Positions 21,991-33,934 of a DNA stretch of 64,000 nucleotides are shown piece by piece. The notes beneath the pieces were generated by a model. That model saw nothing but the letters and a program-made list of their open reading frames with translations. It ran no database searches and had not been told where the DNA came from. Source of the stretch: Myxine glutinosa (Eukaryota); NCBI RefSeq assembly GCF_040869285.1, contig NC_090432.1; one strand, 5' to 3'. Made by a program: the position numbers and the translations under genes. Numbering within the stretch: the stretch's first letter is position 1; each line of letters starts with the position of its first letter.

Positions 21991-24053
21991 AATGCAACTA
22001 ATTTTGAAGTTTATAGTTGATTAAATGTGCACTTAAATCAACTGTAGACCCCAAATAGCAATAAAATTTAAGGAACTTGCATTAAAAATAAGTTTCCTGA
22101 ACATTTCCATTGGAATAACGGAGGAACAGATATTTTATTGCATTCCATGCAAGAAATTCAGCAGGATTTAACGAAAACTACTCCCAAAGTGGATTGTGGT
22201 TATATAAATGCCATTTTGACAATAAATGTCCATCACAACTTTTGATTTGTAAATTATGTCATCAGCGAATTTAAGAAAAAAAGCTGAAAATACACAAAAC
22301 AGTACATTGCTCGCACCAAAATGAGCGGCATGATGGGATTAATCATGCGCTCAGAAGAGTTCACACAAAAATGAGCAAACTTTCAAGCTGAAATACACTA
22401 ATTATTAATTAAATCACCAAACGACATCACAAACCTTATTACACATATTGTACAACAGATATTAACATTTTACTCATTCTTGATCATGATGATACCCAAC
22501 AAACACAAACAAACCTCCTCTTCAGGATAAGATAAGACCTTAACAAGACACAGACAGAAAGAGGATGAAGACACGACACAAATTATAAAATGCAGAATTA
22601 ATCATTTTTAACTTGGATATAAACATTTGAGGGAATAAAACCAACTAACGTTTAAATTCAGCAAAAAATACTATGGTTATATTAGATTGTATAACTTTGT
22701 CAAACAGTGCTCAATGGCAGTTGGGCGAGCTAGGTGAACCCATAGGCAGTGGAGGCAAAAAAACACACAAGAACACACGGTGGCACCCAGTAGAGGGCAT
22801 ACCTCCGCCTCCGCCAGCTCCCCCTCCCCCCATTGCCTCCCCCCCCCCCCCCCCCAATTTTCATTTTCAGTTGAGATCCTGGCAAAGCTGAGGATGACGC
22901 ACACTCAAAAACGTTTATTCTCACCGATAAACTTCCGAATTTCCAAATGCAAGTCATTTTGGGCCACAGACGAGTGCAACTACAGCTATTAGGTTATTTC
23001 TCCAAAATAACCTCAGATTGTGTCCCGGTGTCCAGCCATATGTGCGTACGCCCATCTATTAACATTTGACTAAAACCCGTTAACATTTGACAAAAACATC
23101 TCACAAACTACCCGATCGATATTGATCAAATTTGGTACAATGCATCAGGACAGCATGGTCTCATAGAATTGTGCTCCCCATCTGGATGTGCCCCCCTATG
23201 AGGGTTGAAAGGGGGGTTTGCCCCAAATATTTGGTGGTACTTTATTCAAAAATCTTCTCAGAAATTGCCAGACAGATCCCGACCAAAATCGCCACGAGGC
23301 ATCGGGACTATGCCCTAATGCCAAGTTGTGCTCCTCATGGCCGTATTTATCCTGGAAAGTGGGCCACAGGCCCTCTCCCCGAATCCCTCATTTTCACTAA
23401 ACATCTTCCCCATAACTACCTGAGCGATACAAACCAAATTTGGTCTAATGCTTCAGGACAGCAAGGTCTCATGGGGTTGTGCTCCCCATCCGGATCTGCC
23501 CATTTAAGTGTGGGATTAAGGCGTGGGGGGGCATTGCCCCAAAGGGTGGGGTTCACCTCAAATTCAGGAAATTCATTTTAAAATCTCAGAAACTGTGGCG
23601 AAATAACCATCTGTCCTGCAAGGGCTACATTTGTATCATTATACACTAATCAAAACCTGGACCTCAACTTGCACTCCGTCATAATATGGAAATGACATTT
23701 CTGAGCATTCAGTCTGCATTTTGAGTTATTGCCGTTTCATCCTGGAAATTCTACTCTTGTCAAACCTCTACAAGACACACATTACCCATAAGGCATGAGG
23801 TTATGATTTCGTCACAAATGTAATTGGTTTCGGAGCTCCACAGGATCCTCTCTAAATGACAACTTTACTAAGTTTTCTTACTTGCACATTAGTGTTCACA
23901 CCCCCCCCCCCCCCCCCCACCCTTTCCTGTTCATTCATTCCCTTGCTTGGTTTATCCAACAGTGGCCCCCTTCAGTATGTTGCCTTCTTACCATCAGTCA
24001 CCTCACTCTTCCACAAGTCTACATGTCGAATTTAAAATAAATATACAACTCAC

Positions 24054-24230
24054 CTGATTGTTAAAGGAAGACTCATCCAGCGTCTTGCGATACCGTGCTA
24101 GGCCTTGCCGGACAAGTTCCGCTCGCTCTCTCAGCCGCAGCCTGGAAAGTGGCACAATGTGCGGCTCCTGCTTCAGCACAGCCTGATCAAGGACTGAACC
24201 CTCTGTGGCACTCACGATCAGATGCACTCC
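24054..24230 (-). CDS. NWD1: NWD1-like NACHT-region exon (E9): GVHLIVSATEGSVLDQAVLKQEPHIVPLSRLRLRERAELVRQGLARYRKTLDESSFNNQ
   Basis: Acceptor gtgcatgcag|GG and donor AATCAG|gtgagt; phase 0/0. Resembles human RVHLILSACSGALGVLDTLQRVLLD... Confidence 0.75.
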
Positions 24231-25271
24231 CTGCATGCACACGCACAGTTCCATTTAGGAGTACAACGCAAAAATTACAACCGACACAAAAAGAAGAGCC
24301 TTTCACAAATACTCTTATACCCAAAGTTTTAACTATGTTTTGATGGAATGAGAAGGGGGAGGTTTTATATACATATGAATTATGACAATCTAAATAAACC
24401 AGAGACCAAAAAACATCTGCAATTCCACATATTGCACGAAAGATAACTTGAAACATTTTATTTGATATATCCCAAAGATGAAAGCGTCATCAATAAGATC
24501 TTGAAGACCTCTCTGCATCAGACGAATGGAGAAAAAAATGACAACCAAGATTTCTAGATCACAAAATATTTTTTAATCACATTGTACCATTAGAGTGTTG
24601 GTTCTGACAAAACAGTTTCGAAGCATATGCTCGGTGATTTTTCATTACCTGCCAGGCTGAGTCGTGATGTAAATTAAACTAATAGAGGCAAGGGAACTCA
24701 AACAAAGCCTTACATGCACTCGGCCACTGAGCACTCGGTTTTTTATTAATGCTAGTGGGGCAAGTAGAAATAAAATTAATAATAAGATTAATAAAATTTA
24801 AAATAAAATTATTCCTCGTCACCAACACTATTATTAATAATGTTTTATTCTTTTTTTTTCTTTATCTCTTTTACTCTATTTCTTTTTCTTTATCTATCCG
24901 TCTGTCTAAGAAGTGAATTCTTGAAGAAAGTTTTCTGTAAGGCTCACTTGGCTGTGCCTGGATGGGTTTGAGGGTAGTGGAGTAGCAGCTGAAACCCAAA
25001 TCCTATCCAGGTTCCTCCTGTTGACTCCATCTTTCGTCTTTATTTATTTGGGTTCCTTCTGATGACTCCAATGCAGGATTTGGCCTTCTGTTTGATTGGA
25101 TGTTAGGGTGTATCCGTGTCCTTGCTCATTAATGAGGATGCTCAATGGGTCCAGGAGCAGGGAAAAGAAGAGCAAAAGGCTATCACCCTGGAAAAATCCC
25201 ACAATACATCTTCATTCCTGGTATTTTGAACTTTCCCTTCTGCGTGCAGAATGAATATATATATATATACA

Positions 25272-26722
25272 TACAGTCACGTGAAAAAGTAAGTACACCC
25301 CGTGTAAAGTTTTGACTTTTTCAACATATTTCAACATACAGCTATTTGATCTTCATTTCAACAATATTGAAAGATAAAGGTGATATAATATAATATAACA
25401 AATATCATGAAACATTTACATTTTGTAGTCCATTGTATAATTTAAATAAACATAAATGCAAATTTCGCATGTCGAAAAAGTAAGTACACCCTTGGCTCTA
25501 ATAGGTGGTATTGCCCCCTTTGGCAGAAACAACCTCAAGTAGGCGTTTCTTATAACTGTCCACCAGTCTCTGACATCAACTGGGAGAAATTTTTGCCCAC
25601 TCCTCCATGCAGAATTCTTTCAGCTGTGCGATGTTTGAGGGGTTTCTTGCATGCACAGCTCGTTTCAAATCCCCCTACAACATCTCGATGGGATTTAGAT
25701 CCGGGCTTTGACTTGGCCATTCCAGAACCCTCCATTTCTTTCTTTTCAGCCAATCCTTGGTGGATTTACTGGTATGTTTAGGGTCATTGTCATGTTGCAA
25801 GGTCCATCTTCGGGTGAGCTTCAACTTTCCGACAGATGGCCTCACATTATCCTCAAGCACCCTCTGGTACAATGAAGAATTCATAGTGGATTATATGATG
25901 GTGAGCTGCCCAGGCCCTGATGCAGCAAAGCTGCCCCAAACCATAATATTTCCACCACCATGCTTTGCAGTTGGTATCAGGTTCTCGTGGTTAAATGCTG
26001 TCTTTGGTTTTCGCCAAACATGTCTTCTGGTACTGTGGCCAAATAGCTCTACCTTTGACTCATCTGTCCAGGGCACATTGTTCCAGAAGTGCTTGTCTTT
26101 GCTTAGGTGTTCATTGGCCAACTTTCGTCTTGCCCTGATGTTCTTTCTGGACAGCAAAGGTTTCCTCCTGGCACACCTCCCATGTAGATCAAATTTGTGC
26201 AGCCTCTTTCTAATGGTGGACTCGTGCACTTTGACATCAACAGTGGTAAGAGCTACCTGTAGGTCCCGTGATGACATTCTGGGGTTCTTAGAGACTTCTT
26301 TCAGCATCTTGCGGTCTGCTCTCGGGCTGAACTTGCTGGGGCGGCCTGGCCTGACCAAGTTGGCAGTTGTTTGGAATCTTCTCCACTTGTAGATGATCTT
26401 CCGGACAGTCGAATGATTGATTTCAAATTGTTTGGAGATCTTTTTAAATCCCTTCCCAGACTCGTAGGCATCTATAACCTTCTTTCTGAAGACCTCAGAG
26501 AGCTCTTTTGATCTAGGCATGGTGACGCCGCAAACTTCAACAACAAAGAGCAAACCAAACTAAATGTCTGAGGTTTAAAGACAGGTTCCTCCAAGATCCT
26601 CTCTAACGATGTTCTAATCATTTGCACCTGAGCTGGTGCACCTGATTCTAATTATAGGTATTTGAAGTAGTGATAAATGTTAACTTTAACATGGGGCGTA
26701 CTTACTTTTTCACGTGACTGTA
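25272..26722 (-). mobile_element. Tc1 element, Passport/TXr-like family, copy 1, complete with TIRs and TA TSD; transposase has 2 frameshifts
   Basis: Termini TACAGTCACGTGAAAAAGTAAGTACACCCC and its reverse complement. Minus-strand ORFs 25891..26553 (MPRSKELSEVFRKKVIDAYESGKGFKKISKQFE...GPGQLTII) and 25675..25884 ([13 protein letters not shown]...[17 protein letters not shown]...[14 protein letters not shown]). Flanked by (TA)n. Confidence 0.85.
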
Positions 26723-27252
26723 TATATATATACAGTATTGGAGGAAGGATATGGAGGGCTCACTTTGGACATGGAGGAAGTTTATGGAGGCACGTCGAAC
26801 GGTGTAGGTTGAGGTTGTGGGTGTGGGTGGTGGTTCATTTCAGCCTAAAGTGGTAGTGACTGACCGCAGAAATGAAATGGAAATGTGTGAATGGTGTGTG
26901 TGTGTGTGTGTGTGTTGCAGGAGTGGGTGTGGTTTTGCATGAATGTGTTTTAGTTTGAGTGGTGCATGTTGTAAGGGTGGTGGTCAGTTTTTTTTGTTTT
27001 TTTTTTGGTGTGCGAGTGAGTGGATGAGGGGCTGTGGAATCTGGTAGTGGAGGCGGTTTTGTTGTTGTAGTCTGTGTTCTCACTGGCTGGGGGTGGGGGT
27101 ATGTACGCATCCGGGTGTAGCTGCTGCATGTGGAGGCATATGATATGTGCCCCTGCTGGCCCACATTAGCTGACCGTATTGAGGTTGAAGGGCCGAAACA
27201 GGATGATGCTGAGGACCTGGGTCAGTGAGGCACACTTGTGACCAGGTGTGTT

Positions 27253-27255
27253 TTG

Positions 27256-27316
<61 letters not shown>
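27253..27316. repeat. (TA)n microsatellite
   Basis: ta run. Confidence 0.95.
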
Positions 27317-27323
<7 letters not shown>

Positions 27324-27327
27324 TACA

Positions 27328-28998
27328 CAGACTTGGCATTTAATATGGAATTTTTTTTTGTGGGGGTGAATTTACTTTTCAAGATGACTTAGAACCAAAA
27401 GTTCATTGGAATTATGTTGAAATTATTCTAGATTTTGTTAATGTGACCTTTAAAAGAAACAAAAACCACATTTGACATTTCAAAGCAAATAAATTGATCC
27501 TTGAAAGTGATGTAAACTGATATCAAACTAAATTCACGGACAGTACTGTGTTAAACTTCTGTGCGTTTTCCAGAAGTATCTCTTTATTTTGCACATTAGC
27601 CAAAAAAAAAATTTCAACAAATACAAAAGTTAAATTACGACTGGGATTACGGACAGTAAAATTACAGTTCAGTACTTCGTGTAACCCCCACGAGCATTCA
27701 GGAGAGCACGTACACGTCGAGGCCTGCTGTTCACGAGATTTGCCAAGGTTTGGACAGGAATCGCTTGCCATGCAATGACGATAGTCTGCTGCAATTCATG
27801 CACAGAAGTCGGCTGCTGGTCCAAGTTGTCGATTTGACGCGTTAATTCTGCCCACAAGTTCTCGATCGGATTCATATCCGGGGACATGGCAGGCCACTCC
27901 ATATGCTCTACACCACGGTCAGCAAGAAAGTGTTGGATCATGCGAGCACGATGAGGCCGTACATTGTCATCTTGGAAGACAAAGTTTCCTCGAAAGGCTG
28001 CACGAGCAAATGGAAGCAATGTTTCTTCCAGAATGACCCTGTACTTGAACTGGTTCAGGTTTCCATTCAGAACAACCAGGTCACTTTTGCCCCCTGCATG
28101 AAAAGCAGCCCAAACGGTCACCCCACCACCTCCAGCTTGGACTCTTGGCACTATACAATCTTCGTTGTGGGCTTCATGCACTTGTCTGCGCACTCGGACA
28201 CGGTCATCTTGACGATAGACCAAAAATCTAGACTCGTCACTGAAGGTCACGTGATTCCAGTGTCCTGGCTGCCATTGACGGTGCTCTCTGGCCCACTGCA
28301 ATTGGCGCTGGCTGTGTTGTCTGGTCAGGCGTGGCTTTCTCAGGGGACGCCTGGCACGATAGCCTGCTTGAACCAGTTGTTGGTTGACTAGCCTTCTGGA
28401 TACAGGCACATTTGTCAGTTGGTGCCACTCAGCCCTAAGCCGATTAGCTGACTTGGTACGGCCATTGCAGACTAACTGGTGCAGCTGGCGATCATCTCTC
28501 CTTGTGGTTCTGCGTGGACGTCCTGGCCTCGGTATTGGAGTAGGGACACCCCTCTGAGCATTTCGTTTCAGGATCTTTGACACCTGACCTTGAGTGATGC
28601 CATACTGCTGGCAATAGCACGCTGTTTCATACCAGAATTTCGTAAAGCCACCACTCCATGACAAACAGCATTGTCAAGTTGACGGACCATCTCCAGAGGA
28701 AGCGGAAATAACTTTTGGAGACGTGCAGCAGTTGTTTTCCACTAATACAGAACACAACAACCCTTTTATACCCGATTGTGAAGCCAATCGTCAAATATAC
28801 CTGTCCTTACATTTTGTCATGCCACCTGTGATATAATCCTGTTATTGACTTCTTGCTGCGAAAGACAATAAGTGACATGGTTCTTTCAACAACGACATCA
28901 CCGAAGAGTAAAAGAAACTCACCAGATTGATATACTGAGTTCAGAAAGTAAACCCAAATCAAGAAAAAGAAAATATTCCATATTAAATGCCAAGTCTG
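27328..28998 (-). mobile_element. Tc1-like element, family D, structurally complete
   Basis: TIRs CAGACTTGGCATTTAATATGGAAT(A/T)TTTT at both ends (27328-27355 and 28971-28998). TA flank at the right end and an internal intact ORF. Confidence 0.8.
27669..28664 (-). CDS. Tc1-family DD34E transposase, uninterrupted 331 aa
   Basis: Single ORF with HTH N-terminus (GRPRRTTRRDDRQL), DESRF, FQDDNVRPHRA, 34 residues to PIENLWAEL, and a C-terminal ARGGYTKY. Confidence 0.8.
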   Translation of the reverse strand: MSWSGGFTKFWYETACYCQQYGITQGQVSKILKRNAQRGVPTPIPRPGRPRRTTRRDDRQLHQLVCNGRTKSANRLRAEWHQLTNVPVSRRLVNQQLVQAGYRARRPLRKPRLTRQHSQRQLQWAREHRQWQPGHWNHVTFSDESRFLVYRQDDRVRVRRQVHEAHNEDCIVPRVQAGGGGVTVWAAFHAGGKSDLVVLNGNLNQFKYRVILEETLLPFARAAFRGNFVFQDDNVRPHRARMIQHFLADRGVEHMEWPAMSPDMNPIENLWAELTRQIDNLDQQPTSVHELQQTIVIAWQAIPVQTLANLVNSRPRRVRALLNARGGYTKY

Positions 28999-29002
28999 TA
29001 TA

Positions 29003-29830
29003 TACAGTGTATATATATATATTGCATTCAGAAAGTATTCAGACCCCTTCACGTTTTTCACATTTTGTTATGTTGCAACGTTATGCTGAAATCGTTTAAA
29101 TTCATTTTTTCCTTATCAAGCAACACTCAATACCCCATAATGACAAAGAGAAAACATGATTTTAGAAAGTTTTGCAAATTTATTAAAAAGAAAAAACTGA
29201 AATATCCCATTTACATAAGTATTCATACCCTTTGCTATGACACTTGAAATTTAGCTCAGGTGCCTCCCATTTCTCTTGATCATCTTTGAGATGTTTCTCC
29301 ACCTTGATTGGAGTCCACCGTGGTAAATTCAATTGATTTGACATGATTTTGAAAGGCACACACCTGTCTATATAAGGTCTCACAGTTGACAATGCATATC
29401 AGAACAAAAACCAAGCCATGAGGTCGAAGGAACTGCCTGCAGAGCTCAGACAGGATTGTGTCGAGGCACCGATCTGGGGAAGCCTACAAAAAAAATTCTG
29501 CTACATTGAAGGTTCCCAAGAGCACAGTGGCCTCCATAATCCTTAAATGGAAGAAGTTTGGGACAACTAGGACTCTTCCTAGAGCTGGCCGCCCGGCCAA
29601 ACTGAGCAATCGGGGGAGAAGGGCCTTGGTAAGAGAGGTGACCAAGAACCCGATGGTCACTCTGGCTGAGCTCCAGAGATCCTGTGTGGAGATGGGAGAA
29701 ACTTCCAGAAGGACAACCATCACTGCAACACTCCACCGATATGGGCTTTATGGCAGAGTGGCCACACGGAAGCTTCTCCTCAGTGAAAGACACATGAAAG
29801 CCCACAGAATGTTGTTTCTCCCAGTCTGAC
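29003..29830 (+). mobile_element. Tc1 salmonid-type family, 5' fragment, copy 2, with (TA)n expanded inside the TIR and a snap-back end
   Basis: TACAGTG-(TA)7-TGCATTCAGAAAGTATTCAGACCCC. ORF 29458..29829 encodes the transposase N-terminus. At ~29808 the sequence continues as the reverse complement of the expected downstream ~50 bp (CAGTCTGACAGTCCTTTAGGTGTTTTTTGCAAACTCCAAGCAGGCTTTCACAT). Confidence 0.75.
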
Positions 29831-31037
29831 AGTCCTTTAGGTGTTTTTTGCAAACTCCAAGCAGGCTTTCACATATATATATTATATAAAACTATATATG
29901 GGACATCATGTAAAAGCTTTTTTGCAGTCGATCCATGTTGTGGATAATTTTGTTCTTCTCGTTTTACAATTTTTGAGTATGGCCTTGTTTAGTAGAAGGT
30001 GGTCCATTGTTCCGCTGCATCCCCTTACATCCCTTCTGTTCTGATAGGTGGTGGGTGGTACATACATTGTGATAATTCCCATCATGATATGTGCGAGTGT
30101 GTGTGCGTTTGTGTCCATCTTTGCGGTGAGATGTGTGAGATTGGCCGCTCTGCTACATGCTTTCGATCCTGTTAAAAAAAAAAAAAACATGAAATTGATT
30201 GAGGGATGCTAACCGAGCTGTTTCTCCTTACTTCCCATGACAGTTAGCGTACTTCGAACAACATCCTGTTGACTTCATCCATCCTTCTATCTACCGCAGA
30301 CGTGGATCAACACAAGCCTACACCAGCATGACTCGTTCTTCATGCTTTTCACTAAAGCTACCGAGTTGTTTTCACATAATAACTTAACTTTGGTTTCCAA
30401 TGACCTGTTTTTGTTTTTTTTAAATCAAGAGCACAGATTAATGTACTGGCCCTTTTCAACTGGGAAATAATTCACAAAAAAATTAATAAATACAAGATTC
30501 GAAAGTCATCCCTTAATCTTTAATTGTAAAGAGTGTGCAATGAAAATGAAGAAGATGAATATGAAGAAGAAGAAGAAGAAGCAGATAAAACAAACTGGTT
30601 GGAGTGTTGCAAATTTGCAAAATTAAAATAAAATAAAAAATCACAATTATTTTGCTTTTAACTCGATTTTCAGGAAGAGCATTATAGGGCAGAGGACTAA
30701 TTCCTGTTCAGTGCTAAAATATATATATTTAGCTATACAATAATTGCTATCCCTTCTTCGATCCAGCTAAAAGTGATGTTACTGCAACACAATGACTAAA
30801 ATTTATTTCAAAAAGAAAGAAAAAGGAAGGAAGTGAAGAGTGAAGAAAAGATAATGTAGTGGAGGGAATGTAGTGGGATTGCAATCTGAAAGGGAGAAAG
30901 AGTACGGGGAGGAGTGACAAAAGGAATGAAGTTAGGAAGGAAGGAAGGAAGGAAGGAAGAAATATTCTGCCTTATGCGGATGGGCCAAACTATCATATTC
31001 AGGAAGAAGCTGTGCAAGAGGATGTGGAGGGAAATAC

Positions 31038-31185
31038 CAAGGGCAGTTTGACTGGAATCCAATCTAAGGCCTGTTGCGTGACGTTTGATGAATCGGCTCC
31101 ATCAATGACCAGAGTAACATGACGAGGATGAGCGGTCTGCGCCGTCCGGCTTAGCAGGGCCCAGAAGGTGTCGATCAAATCTCTA
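31038..31185 (-). CDS. NWD1: NWD1-like NACHT exon (E8): (T)RDLIDTFWALLSRTAQTAHPRHVTLVIDGADSSNVTQQALDWIPVKLPL
   Basis: Acceptor cttgtttaaatag|T and donor CCCTTG|gtattt. HVTLVIDGADS resembles the human NACHT segment LVLLLDAMDDL, and WIPVKLP resembles WLPLNCP. Confidence 0.7.
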
Positions 31186-31414
31186 CTATTTAAACAAGGT
31201 GGAGATGGAAATAAAAAAGAATAAAAAGGAAAGTATGCATTATTAGACATACCATTGGTAACACTCTGTCTTGCATGCAGAAGAGTTTCATTAAAATCAC
31301 TAAAAGTCTGGAACCTCACTATGGAAATTTTGGTAGCTATGAGGGGGGAATTTTGGTAGCTATGAGGAGCCATAGTGCAATGTCCATCTTTCAGAGCTTT
31401 GTGCAAGCTCATGG

Positions 31415-33072
31415 CAAATTGTATTCAAACTCGCTCTCAGGCAGCATTCCATATTCAAACTCGCTCTCAGGCAGCATTCCATATTCAAACTCGCTCTCGG
31501 GCAGAATTCCTTATTCAAACTCGCTCTTGGGCAGCATTCCATAGTCAAACTCGCTCTTGGGCAGCATTCCATATTCAAACTCGCTCTCGGGCAGCATTCC
31601 ATATTCAAACTCGCTCTCAGCCAGAATTCCATATTCAAACTCGCTCTCAGCCAGAATTCCATATTCAAACTCGCTCTCGGGCAGAATTCCATAGTCAAAC
31701 TCGCTCTTGGGCAGCATTCCATATTCAAACTCGCTCTCGGGCAGCATTCCATATTCAAACTCGCTCTCGGGGCATTCCATATTCAAACTCGCTCTCAGCC
31801 AGAATTCCATATTCAAACTCGCTCTCGGGCAGCATTCCTTATTCAAACTCGTTCTCAGCCAGAATTCCATATTCAAACTCGTTCTCAGCCAGAATTCCAT
31901 ATTCAAACTCGCTCTCAGCCAGAATTCCATATTCAAACTCGTTCTCAGCCAGAATTCCATATTCAAACTCGTTCTCAGCCAGAATTCCATATTCAAACTC
32001 GCTCTCAGCCAGAATTCCATATTCAAACTCGTTCTCAGCCAGAATTCCATATTCAAACTCGCTCTCAGCCAGAATTCCATATTCAAACTCGTTCTCAGCC
32101 AGCATTCCTTATTCAAACTCGCTCTCAGCCAGAATTCCATATTCAAACTCGCTCTCAGCCAGAATTTCATATTCAAACTCGCACTCAGCCAGAATTCCAT
32201 ATTCGAACTCGCTCTCGGGCAGCATTCCATATTCAAACTCGCTCTCGGGTAGTATTCCATATTCAAACTCGCTCTCAGCCAGCATTCCTTATTCAAACTC
32301 GCTCTCAGCCAGAATTCCATATTCAAACTCGCTCTCAGCCAGAATTTCATATTCAAACTCGCTCTCAGCCAGAATTCCATATTCGAACTCGCTCTCGGGC
32401 AGCATTCCATATTCAAACTCGCTCTCAGGCAGCATTCCATATTCAAACTCGTTCTCAGCCAGAATTCCATATTCAAACTCGCTCTCGGGTAGTATTCCAT
32501 ATTCAAACTCGCTCTCAGCCAGAATTCCATATTCAAACTCGCTCTCAGCCAGAATTCCATATTCAAACTCGCTCTCGGGCAGCATTCCATATTCAAACTC
32601 GCTCTCAGCCAGAATTCCATATTCAAACTCGCTCTCAGCCAGAATTCCATATTCAAACTCGCTCTCAGCCAGAATTCCATATTCAAACTCGCTCTCAGCC
32701 AGAATTCCATATTCAAACTCGCTCTCGGGCAGCATTCCATATTCAAACTCGCTCTCAGCCAGAATTCCATATTCAAACTCGCTCTCAGCCAGAATTCCAT
32801 ATTCAAACTCGCTCTCGGGCAGCATTCCATATTCAAACTCGCTCTCAGCCAGAATTCCATATTCAAACTCACTCTCAGCCAGAATTCCTTATTCAAACTC
32901 GCTCTCAGCCAGAATTCCATATTCAAACTCGTTCTCAGCCAGAATTCCATATTCAAACTTGCTCTTAGCCAGAATTCCATATTCAAACTCGCTCTCAGCC
33001 AGAATTCCATATTCAAACTCGCTCTCAGGCAGCATTCCATATTCAAACTCGCTCTCGGGCAGCATTCCATGA
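31415..33072. repeat. 30-bp minisatellite, about 55 copies, consensus ATTCCATATTCAAACTCGCTCTCAGCCAGA with a CGGGCAGC variant; intronic
   Basis: Direct inspection. Because the period is a multiple of 3, artefactual ORFs of 565 aa (+) and 519 aa (-) appear. Confidence 0.95.
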
Positions 33073-33501
33073 TGATCAGTTAAATTTGGTTTCAGTCAAG
33101 ACTCTGGGCTCCACACTACACGTTTACGATAGTTTTCTCACACCCAATCCCAACAGACGCAGCAGAATGGCGAGTTGTGTCTACTGTATGTGGTACTGCA
33201 AAGTGCAGTGTTATCCAGTCACAATAAGACATGTTGCTGCACAATGGGGGTAAAAACATGCACATGCACATTGAAGGATTCTTCTTAAGTTTGGCCGTGC
33301 TGTCACAATACTCTTGTCAACACTGAACAGATAAATAAATAAAAAAGGATCAACTTCTGTATGAAAGAACCGCTAAAAAAAATGAAAGTACCCCTTTGTT
33401 GGAAGAAATATTCCACCATTTTCAGTCCAATAAAAGACAACACAAAAAAACGAACAGTTTATTCTCTTTATGCAGGCTACGCCATACTTTGTAGTCCTTA
33501 C

Positions 33502-33698
33502 GTTGTACGTTCAGTCGGCGAATCAAGATTACACCCTTTACGCAGGACGTTGCTCAGGTGTTTAAGCATTGAAGAGGCGCAGAACGACTGACCAGTCGCC
33601 TCAGCAAAGTAGAAAAATACAAGCGGGCGGTGGGAGACTGGTACGTGAGGAATATTCACTTCTTCCTGTAGATGGTGCACCAGATGTGCCTGTACACA
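33502..33698 (-). CDS. NWD1: NWD1-like NACHT exon (E7): AHLVHHLQEEVNIPHVPVSHRPLVFFYFAEATGQSFCASSMLKHLSNVLRKGCNLDSPTERT
   Basis: Acceptor tgtcttgtgtacag|GCA and donor ACAAC|gtaagg; phase 0 in, 2 out. Pattern matches human ...HKTVTVLRLLGTSQMSSDARGLLKSICFQV. Confidence 0.7.
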
Positions 33699-33934
33699 AG
33701 ACAAAAACACACATCCAGACCGACCAGTCACATGAACCTGAGGGACCGACCAGAAACGCAACATGCCAAGTTTCAAGTACATTTATGAAGATCTCTTCAA
33801 ACCATTGGTAGCTTTAAGTTCAAGGTAACCTGCTAACATTACAACAAATATGATGCCCAATTTATTGAAATCCTCACTCAATCTAAACTCAGATTATACC
33901 ATGTACATCATTACAAAAAAGGTAAGATCATGAG

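Noticed and set aside
23040-23600. 149-aa ORF 23132..23581
   Set aside because: The region is a ~310-bp partial tandem duplication (CAAATTTGGT.TAATGC.TCAGGACAGCA.GGTCTCAT.G..TTGTGCTCCCCATC.GGAT.TGCCC twice). The ORF has no recognisable domain.
30060-30165. Candidate NWD1 exon (SKACSRAANLTHLTAKMD...) with good acceptor and donor
   Set aside because: The exon at 24054-24230 joins exon E8 in frame and matches the human sequence (GVHLIVSA... vs RVHLILSA...) much better. The S-ACS similarity is coincidental.
31375-33072. 565-aa (+) and 519-aa (-) ORFs
   Set aside because: Pure translation of the 30-bp minisatellite (period divisible by 3). Repetitive peptides, no start context, intronic location.
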